Shown here: one piece after another, positions 55,401-61,804 of the stretch
Position numbering within the stretch: position 1 is the stretch's first letter
Layout: every line of letters starts with the position of its first letter
NCBI GenBank assembly: GCA_964355135.1
Contig: CAYHCG010000003.1
Span: forward strand, 72,783-136,782
Origin: Candidatus Woesearchaeota archaeon
GTDB lineage: Archaea > Nanobdellota > Nanobdellia > Pacearchaeales > GW2011-AR1
Direction: 5' to 3'
DNA: 64,000 nucleotides
Made by a program: the position numbers and the translations under genes
The notes under the pieces: model-generated
Told to the model about the DNA's origin: nothing
Database searches by the model: none
The model's input: the letters and a program-made list of their open reading frames with translations, nothing else

Positions 55401-58400
55401 ATTCTTATTTGAAGTCATACTTACATTGCAATATATATTCTCAGGACCATAAACAACATTGCATCCTTGCCATCCAGTGAAGGTATTATCAGCATCAGCA
55501 AATGCTATCAATGCCACATTTGTATTTGGGAGATATGTGTAGTTGCATGTTGTACCGCAATAAATCAAGAAATCATCGCTATAAATAAGTCCGCCCCCAG
55601 TTTTGTTTACAGTTAAATTGTATCTAGGAATAGGTGCGAAAGTAGCATTTACATTCTTATTTGAAGTCATACTTACATTGCAATAAATATTTCCTGGTCC
55701 AAATACAGAGTTGCATCCAACCCAACCAGCAAATGTACTTTCAGTGAAAGCAGTGGCATTTAAAGTTACATTGGTATTTTGAAGATAGGTATAATTACAA
55801 TTTAATCCGCAATTGATAGTAAAGTCTTCACTTGTAACAAATCCCGTTCCGCTGCCAATTTTATTTACAGTTAAATTGTATCTAGGAATAGGCATGATAA
55901 AATTAGCCGTAGTTATTGTATGGTAAGTCATATTTATGCTACAAACATTTCCATAATAGAAATCACAATAACTCCAACCAGCAAATTCATGCCCGGCATA
56001 AGGCACAGCAGTTAAATTTACTATAGAACTATGATTAAATGTAAAGTTTTGTGATATGCAACTAGGCCCACAATTAATTCCTATCGGATTACTTGTGATA
56101 GTCCCGTTTCCATTTCCCTCTTTTGTAACATTTAAATCTGGTTTTTCAAATACAACTATAAGATTATTATCTTGATCCATAGTCATATTACATATGTTAT
56201 TTACCGAATCAAATGAATAACAATTTCCAGAATATCCAAAATACACTCCGCTTCCAGAATTAAATTTAATTGTTATATTTGCATTTCTATCAAATGTATA
56301 ATTTTGATTTTTGCAATTCGTCCCGCAAATCAAATTTCCAGGGTTAACTATTGTAATTCCGGTTCCGGTTCCATCTTTAATTAAAGTTAAATTAAAAGTA
56401 GCAGGATAGTTAAAAGTTGCATTTACATTCTTATTTGAAATCATAGTTACATTGCAGAATACATTGCCAAGCCCATAAACAACATTGCATCCTTGCCAAC
56501 TAGTAAATGTACTTCCTGCATCAGGATAAGCAGTCAAAGTAATATTTGTAAAATGATTAAATGTATTATTACAAGTTAGCCCGCAATTAATCAAAAAATC
56601 ATCGCTAACTATAAATCCTGTTCCACTTCCTGTTTTATTTACTGTTAAATTAAATTTAGGAACCAATAAATTAAAGTTAGCAATCACAAAACTAGGAACG
56701 AGAATATTAACTTGACATACTCCAATACCAGAACAAACTCCTTCCCATCCGCTAAACTCATATCCTACAGAAGGAAAAGCAGTTAAATTTATAGTAGTAC
56801 TTACATTAAAATTAAGATCTTGTGACAGACAACTCACATCGCAATTAAAGTTGGTTTGGTTTGGGCTGCTTGTCGAGTTTACAATTCCTAAACCATTACC
56901 TGACTTAGTCAGATAAAGTGTAGGCCTGTCAAAATAAGCAACCACAGATCTAGCAGAACTCATAGTCACATTGCATATAAGATTATACCCCATGTAATAA
57001 AATGAATCGCAATTATCCACTATATTCAAAGGAAAACCGCTTCCAGAAAAGAAAGTCAAACTAACATTAGCATTTCTGTTGAAAGTCGCATTTTGGTTTA
57101 GACATCCGATCCCACAATTTATTCCAGCAGGAACGCTTACCGCCGTTCCTGTTCCTGTTCCTGCCTTAGTTAAAGTCAAATTATAGAAAGGTGGAGGAAG
57201 ATTAAAATTTGCAACGACCATAGTATTAGAGTTTATTACAAGATTGCACACTCCAACCCCTGAGCAAGCTCCCGACCAACCCGTAAAGTCGTACCCTGGA
57301 CTAGGCACTGCAGTTAAACTAACTTGTGCTCCTTCACTAAAAGTAGCATTCTGAGATAAGCAACCTGTCATACAACTTATTCCTGCAGGAATGCTAGTAA
57401 CATTTCCCGTGCCAGTTCCAGCTTTATTCACGGTTAAATTATAGGGTCCGCCATTACCAGGAGGACTTCCACTTACACAATTACTAGTATCGATAAGGCA
57501 CCCATAACAGTTCAAGAATCCACTTGAATATGAGGGATTATAACTTTTGCAAGAAGCAGATTCTCCCATTCCAAAATTATATTCGTCGCACTGTTCTTCA
57601 TCTTCTAAATATCCATTACCACAATATCCCAATCTTATCGGAGATACCAAATAAAATCTTGATCTATTAGGATTTGTAGGAGGGACTAAAGTTATAAATT
57701 CAAACCTAGCTTCACCTATTAATCTTTGACTTAATCCACCAATAATCAACCCATATTTAGTTGCCCCTGTTGTATTTTTTACACTAAAATTGCCTGCCCT
57801 TTCTACATAAGTTATTCCCTCAAAAGAATAATTAGTAATATTAATTAAAGTAATATTGTAACCATTTCTAATTATGGATTTAGAGATATTCAATTCTACA
57901 AGATTTGTAAAATTCTCGCAATAATTATTACAGTCCGCTCCACCGTCACATTGTTCAGTTCCTTCCTTTATTCCGTTTCCGCAAAGGACATCAAAATTAA
58001 AATTGGGTGAAACAGTTAAATTAAAGTAAGTTTTTCTGCTCTCTCCACCCATAGTTCCGGTTACATTTATTTTATAAACTCCAGTCGAAGCTGATGTCAA
58101 TGAACTTATATTCATCCTTGTAATACATGTAGGGTTGCAACTTGTTGGAGAGAATGTTGCACTTACTCCGCTAGGAAGGCCACTTACAGAAAAAGCAACA
58201 GGAAATACAGAACCATCCCAATAAATTGCAGTGATGTTATTTATTACAGAAGACCCCTTATAGACTGTTTTATCTCCATTATTTGTAAGTGAAAAATTCT
58301 GCTCTCTTACTGGCTGGCAATTGCTAAAATCGAGATTGCAAACTGAATTACAGTTTAAATTTCCATCGATATAACTTGGGTGATAATTTAAACATGTTTG

Positions 58401-59171
58401 AATAATATCATAGCCCTTTGAGTCATAACCTAATCCATAATCTTTAATATCACATTGTTCGCCCGTTTCTAATAAAGCATTTCCACAATAATTCAATCTA
58501 ATTGGTGCAGCAATCTTTAATTTTGCAGAAACAGGGGAGCCTCCAGAATAACTAAATTCACTATCAATTCTTACCAAGTTAGTGATATATTGACTACGAG
58601 CCATGCCTAAGGCATTATAGATTCTTGATTTATTTATTCCAGCAGGATTTTTAACGCTTATATTAATTGCAGATATAAAACTAATTGTAGGAAATCCTTC
58701 AATTTTTATTGTGTATCCATTTAAAACAGCTGATTGTCCAGGAGTTAATTCTCTATAAACAGAATTCTCACAATAATTATTGCATCCGCTGCTAATATTA
58801 TTATTTTGAACACTGCCAAGATCACATTGCTCCCCTAGACCAGAGTCTAAGACCCCATTTCCGCAGGAGTCAGTTTGTGGACTCAACCAAACATCTTCAG
58901 AGACTTCATCTTCGCTAGACGTTTGAGGATCACCATCCCCCTTAGAATCAGAACCTACAATAAAATTTTTAATCTCATCAACAACATCACTAAAAACAGA
59001 ATTTCCCGTAATTGCATTTGCGCTCTGTGCATCAGAATTAGAGATTAAATAATCAGCATTTCTGTTTTTTGATAAAGTAAAAAAACCAAACGAAAAAGCA
59101 AACAATAAAACAAGAAGAGATAGTGTCGCAGCCAAAGCTAGCCTTTTATTCTTTCCCGCCCTCTTTTTCAT
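52464..59171 (-). CDS. giant (2235 aa) surface protein: duplicated Cys-bounded N-modules, about 20 or more InlB-B-repeat-like modules, Ig-like modules, Cys-rich repeats and tail
   Basis: Signal anchor. Recurrent unit YNLTVNK.G.GTG.V.S.P.GI.CG..C...F......V.LTA.P..G..F.GW.G.C.....C.V.M. Tail identical in type to 46347. Confidence 0.88.
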   Translation of the reverse strand: MKKRAGKNKRLALAATLSLLVLLFAFSFGFFTLSKNRNADYLISNSDAQSANAITGNSVFSDVVDEIKNFIVGSDSKGDGDPQTSSEDEVSEDVWLSPQTDSCGNGVLDSGLGEQCDLGSVQNNNISSGCNNYCENSVYRELTPGQSAVLNGYTIKIEGFPTISFISAINISVKNPAGINKSRIYNALGMARSQYITNLVRIDSEFSYSGGSPVSAKLKIAAPIRLNYCGNALLETGEQCDIKDYGLGYDSKGYDIIQTCLNYHPSYIDGNLNCNSVCNLDFSNCQPVREQNFSLTNNGDKTVYKGSSVINNITAIYWDGSVFPVAFSVSGLPSGVSATFSPTSCNPTCITRMNISSLTSASTGVYKINVTGTMGGESRKTYFNLTVSPNFNFDVLCGNGIKEGTEQCDGGADCNNYCENFTNLVELNISKSIIRNGYNITLINITNYSFEGITYVERAGNFSVKNTTGATKYGLIIGGLSQRLIGEARFEFITLVPPTNPNRSRFYLVSPIRLGYCGNGYLEDEEQCDEYNFGMGESASCKSYNPSYSSGFLNCYGCLIDTSNCVSGSPPGNGGPYNLTVNKAGTGTGNVTSIPAGISCMTGCLSQNATFSEGAQVSLTAVPSPGYDFTGWSGACSGVGVCNLVINSNTMVVANFNLPPPFYNLTLTKAGTGTGTAVSVPAGINCGIGCLNQNATFNRNANVSLTFFSGSGFPLNIVDNCDSFYYMGYNLICNVTMSSARSVVAYFDRPTLYLTKSGNGLGIVNSTSSPNQTNFNCDVSCLSQDLNFNVSTTINLTAFPSVGYEFSGWEGVCSGIGVCQVNILVPSFVIANFNLLVPKFNLTVNKTGSGTGFIVSDDFLINCGLTCNNTFNHFTNITLTAYPDAGSTFTSWQGCNVVYGLGNVFCNVTMISNKNVNATFNYPATFNLTLIKDGTGTGITIVNPGNLICGTNCKNQNYTFDRNANITIKFNSGSGVYFGYSGNCYSFDSVNNICNMTMDQDNNLIVVFEKPDLNVTKEGNGNGTITSNPIGINCGPSCISQNFTFNHSSIVNLTAVPYAGHEFAGWSYCDFYYGNVCSINMTYHTITTANFIMPIPRYNLTVNKIGSGTGFVTSEDFTINCGLNCNYTYLQNTNVTLNATAFTESTFAGWVGCNSVFGPGNIYCNVSMTSNKNVNATFAPIPRYNLTVNKTGGGLIYSDDFLIYCGTTCNYTYLPNTNVALIAFADADNTFTGWQGCNVVYGPENIYCNVSMTSNKNVNATFAPIPRYNLTVNRIGAGDGYVFSSDTIISCPTICNYTYLPNTNVTLTAYPDFGSTFVNWTGCNSVFGPGNSLCNVTMTSDKNVIANFSTTSAVRQFQIKLWQEGVVNGTVTSTSVPDNGNQFNCGSNCDYQTRIFNNGTNVSLLFTSPVNYYVAYYLGCDNLYQDHNPSTWNRCNVTLYVNRTVYVSFEKPTLELYKKSAASSGTVTSNPSGINCGLTCQEDYFDYNFNSVVTLIANPSSGYSTSWTGCGVVYGLGNNLCNVTMNDWKTVNVTFTLSSFNFNLSNNGSRTVIQGSNVTNIINATLISGATQAVSFLAYGLPPGTTASFIPTSCNPTCSTILNLTTSASTPVGTYTIYVNGTSGGLTNTTSFTLTVNQLNYNLTLNKKGTGTGTVNSTSIPSQVNQIGCGAICLNQNVSFKVNANVTLNATASPGNTFAGWVGCNSVYGPGNILCNVTMNSAKTVNATFNIQQFTLTTSVIGSGNITGNGISCLTGSTGDCSETVNTGTLIALTATPLEGWTFVEWGGGCSGTGSCVVTMDASKSVSATFSNSISIYTVNVAKAGTGNGIINSTPTGINCPGVCTYSFETFQTVLLNATAMSGSSFVSWTGCPVENGNLCTVNRTNNPTLLTANFIDNSFNFGLSNLGTRKVIRGNSNTTLINATLITGTPQSVSFLAYGLPAGVSANFTPASCTPNTVCSTNLTLSTSVPSVSGTYTIYVNGTSGLVTKTTTFALNITQGYVLTVNKTGIYTGMVNSTTGGINCGSTCSRGFAPNTPVVLNAYPDSVPGFSIMSWSGCSASNPTLCSITSMNSDKNPVWEYTKECGQDSECSNNLYCDGAETCNLGNGHCQLGTAPNINDNIACTVDSCDEANDRINHTSNNALCSNGLFCDGSESCSTTQGCQDSADPCSAGLTCDEQTDICENVVCNTGADTAPYGDCDGVIESNEITNYINGYYAGNVNINDLSNALGVYL
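55354..55950 (-). repeat. near-identical tandem repeat units (252 and 258 bp) inside the giant gene
   Basis: ACAGTTAAATTGTATCTAGGAATAGG starts at 55357, 55609 and 55867. Copies 1 and 2 share a run of ~80 identical nt. Confidence 0.8.
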
Positions 59172-59221
59172 CTCTGGTAGAGATTTTTCTCATTTAAAAT
59201 CTTTTTGCTCTGGATTAAATA

Positions 59222-61654
59222 TTAATTAAGATTATTTTTGGGAAGATTTTCAATATAGGCCCGCAAATCTTCATCCTCAACCCATCTTAATACGGCTTTA
59301 TGAGAGACAGAAATTCCGCGATCGCGTTGTAAGATTTGAGAAGTCCCAAACCCAGTACCCTTGTCTTTGTATACTTCAAATACTGCTGCAATTTGTTCAG
59401 TTGAACTTTTTACCCCGCGATATCTCCCCTCAGGTATTCCAAGCCCGTTATATATCGTCTCAGCCGGACTAGGATCTTTTTGTAATTGCAATCTCCCCAT
59501 TACTCTAGTAAAAATTCTTTTAATTTGAGGATTTTCTTTTAGAACCAAACCCAATATTGCTCTATTTCTAATAGTATAGGGGGCAAGTTTAGTTCGAAGA
59601 TCTTCCAGATGATCATTAACAGTCTGCGTATCTTGAGTTGTAACTCCATATTTCCTCCACACATCTGTAGAGCTAAGGGCTCTGGAAGAACCATTATTTT
59701 TATTATGATTTTCAACGTAGTGAGGAACAAAATATAAAAGGTGTTCTGGTAAATCTGCACGAGTGGTAATTTTTCCTTCCTTGCGTCTTGCATTAACTAT
59801 TTTTCTTAATTCGCTCAAACGTGCTGAAGGTGAAGCTTCAGGCGTACTTTCATATTCTAATCCTAAAGCTTCATAAACTTTATCTCTTTCTAACTCGGAT
59901 TGTCTAATAACTCTCTGTAATCTTTCATACAATTTTTTATCCGCTTTCTGAAGTTGGGTAGGAGCGTTAATTCCTTTTAATTTTGTAAATTTACTAACGG
60001 CATGCACAACTGATTCTCCATCGAAACTTCTTCCTTCTCTTCTTATAGAATAACCGTTTCCTTCTAAAACAGAATCTTCATCCGGCGAAGAGTCAACTAC
60101 ATTATCAATACCTAAAGAACGTTCCCCGAACCGGGCATTTTTTGCTTTTAACTGCTCAAAAATTCTTTCCAGTTTAGCTTTCTGTATTCTAAGTCTACTA
60201 ACTTCCTCAAAATCTACATCCGCTAGTTCATAGATCTCTTTTATGCCTCCTTCAAAATGCCTGATAAGTCTAAAGCCAAATTGATCGTTAATATCTTGAA
60301 CAGTAGGATAATGTGATGCTTTAATTTCTTCTCTTACATATTCAACTACTTCTTGCCGAAGTTTTCTTTTATCTTCCTCAGAAGTAATTCTAAAAGCGGG
60401 CACAAATGGAGCAGCTTCAATAGGCTCGAAACTTATCTCGGATTTTGAATCATAAATATTAAAAAATGCCTCTCTTACTTTTTTTACGGCATTAAGTTGA
60501 ATTTTTCTTACTGTCTCCATTGTTACACCAATCTCTTCACCAATATCTTCCAAAATTCTAGTTTTTCCAGCAAATCCAAACCTCTCTTTTATAATTTTCA
60601 TCTCTCTTTCATCCAGACCTGCAAGATTATATCTAATTACATCTCTAACAAGTTCTGATTGTGATGTTTCCTTCAAAGCCCGCTTATATTCTTCATATGC
60701 TCTAGCTTCTCCAAAAGAATGCGTACGCGGATCATAAGATTCTCCAGCTTCATGTCTATCTTCCTTCATACCATATCTCAAAATCGCTTTTTCCAAACCC
60801 TTGCAGATATAAGTTGACAATCTTGTTCCAAAGTTAGGATCGAACCTCATAATACAATCGCGGATAGTTTTGGCTGTCTCTATTTCCCGCCAGTCTACTC
60901 CTCTCTTTTCTCCCATATACTTTCCTAAATTAAAAGTAATTTGCGTCAAAAAGTCCATCATTGCTGTAACCCTAAGATAAGACGTCGCCATTTCACTAAC
61001 CTTGCCCATATTATTTTCTTTATCTTCTGACTGCAGTATTTCCCCCGCAACTCTAGACATTTCTCTGCGATGATGGTTAAAAGACTTTAGAAAATAAGTT
61101 TCTTCTTCGTCAGACATTTCGTGCTGAAAACGGCTTTTCCCCTTATGCAAAACTCTCTCTCTTTCAAAAGCGCTTAATTCCTCTAGATCAGACCTAGTAT
61201 AAGTCTTGTCTTCATAAAAAATAGTCCTTCTCTCTCTCAGTACGCTCTCCAAACCTCTCTCGTCCAAAGGAATAAAACCATTGTCAAAATCAGGGCTTTC
61301 AAAAACATGGGGATATTCAATTAATAAAGCATAAGCTAAATTTTTAGGTATTTTTGTTTCTCCTGTAAAGCCAAGATATCGTTCTGCTATTTCCCTTAAA
61401 CGAGTGCTCCTTTTAATAGACTCTTGGTCAAAATTTCCGTCAAAAACCCTTTCTAGAGTACTTAAGCTATGCACTAAAGAAGCGCTTGCTTCCCTACTCA
61501 CTCCATCAGTTAGATCTTTGGGATAAAAAAGTAGTCTGCCTCTATGTGAATCAACTGCTTCTACTTCTGCCCTATACCAACCGTTTTCTATAGCTTTCAT
61601 TGTTCTTAAAAAGTCTAAAATTTGAGCATATCTGTATACTGTTTTAACAGTCAT
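59222..61654 (-). CDS. 810-aa protein with bacterial sigma-70 region 2 and region 4 motifs plus long N- and C-terminal extensions
   Basis: Region 2-like: IRDCIMRFDPNFGTRLSTYICKGLEKAILRY. Region 4-like: LDEREMKIIKERFGFAGKTRILEDIGEEIGVTMETVRKIQLNAVKKVRE. Additional C-terminal HTH-like GTSQILQRDRGISVSHKAVLRWV. Confidence 0.8.
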   Translation of the reverse strand: MTVKTVYRYAQILDFLRTMKAIENGWYRAEVEAVDSHRGRLLFYPKDLTDGVSREASASLVHSLSTLERVFDGNFDQESIKRSTRLREIAERYLGFTGETKIPKNLAYALLIEYPHVFESPDFDNGFIPLDERGLESVLRERRTIFYEDKTYTRSDLEELSAFERERVLHKGKSRFQHEMSDEEETYFLKSFNHHRREMSRVAGEILQSEDKENNMGKVSEMATSYLRVTAMMDFLTQITFNLGKYMGEKRGVDWREIETAKTIRDCIMRFDPNFGTRLSTYICKGLEKAILRYGMKEDRHEAGESYDPRTHSFGEARAYEEYKRALKETSQSELVRDVIRYNLAGLDEREMKIIKERFGFAGKTRILEDIGEEIGVTMETVRKIQLNAVKKVREAFFNIYDSKSEISFEPIEAAPFVPAFRITSEEDKRKLRQEVVEYVREEIKASHYPTVQDINDQFGFRLIRHFEGGIKEIYELADVDFEEVSRLRIQKAKLERIFEQLKAKNARFGERSLGIDNVVDSSPDEDSVLEGNGYSIRREGRSFDGESVVHAVSKFTKLKGINAPTQLQKADKKLYERLQRVIRQSELERDKVYEALGLEYESTPEASPSARLSELRKIVNARRKEGKITTRADLPEHLLYFVPHYVENHNKNNGSSRALSSTDVWRKYGVTTQDTQTVNDHLEDLRTKLAPYTIRNRAILGLVLKENPQIKRIFTRVMGRLQLQKDPSPAETIYNGLGIPEGRYRGVKSSTEQIAAVFEVYKDKGTGFGTSQILQRDRGISVSHKAVLRWVEDEDLRAYIENLPKNNLN

Positions 61655-61663
61655 TGAAATTTC

Positions 61664-61677
61664 AAATTTTTAATAGA
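61664..61677. promoter_or_regulatory. perfect 14-bp palindrome upstream of the sigma-like gene
   Basis: TAGACTTAAGTCTA, 10-23 nt upstream of the ATG (61654) and adjacent to TATTAAAAAT. Confidence 0.4.
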
Positions 61678-61804
61678 CTTAAGTCTAAAAATGCCTAAAT
61701 TTTGAACGTTTTTAAGGCTTATTATGATCGCTTATAATCATTAAATTACCTTAATTTCTTCGTTTTTAAGACTAAGTTAAACGAACTTTAAGAAGAAAAT
61801 ACTC

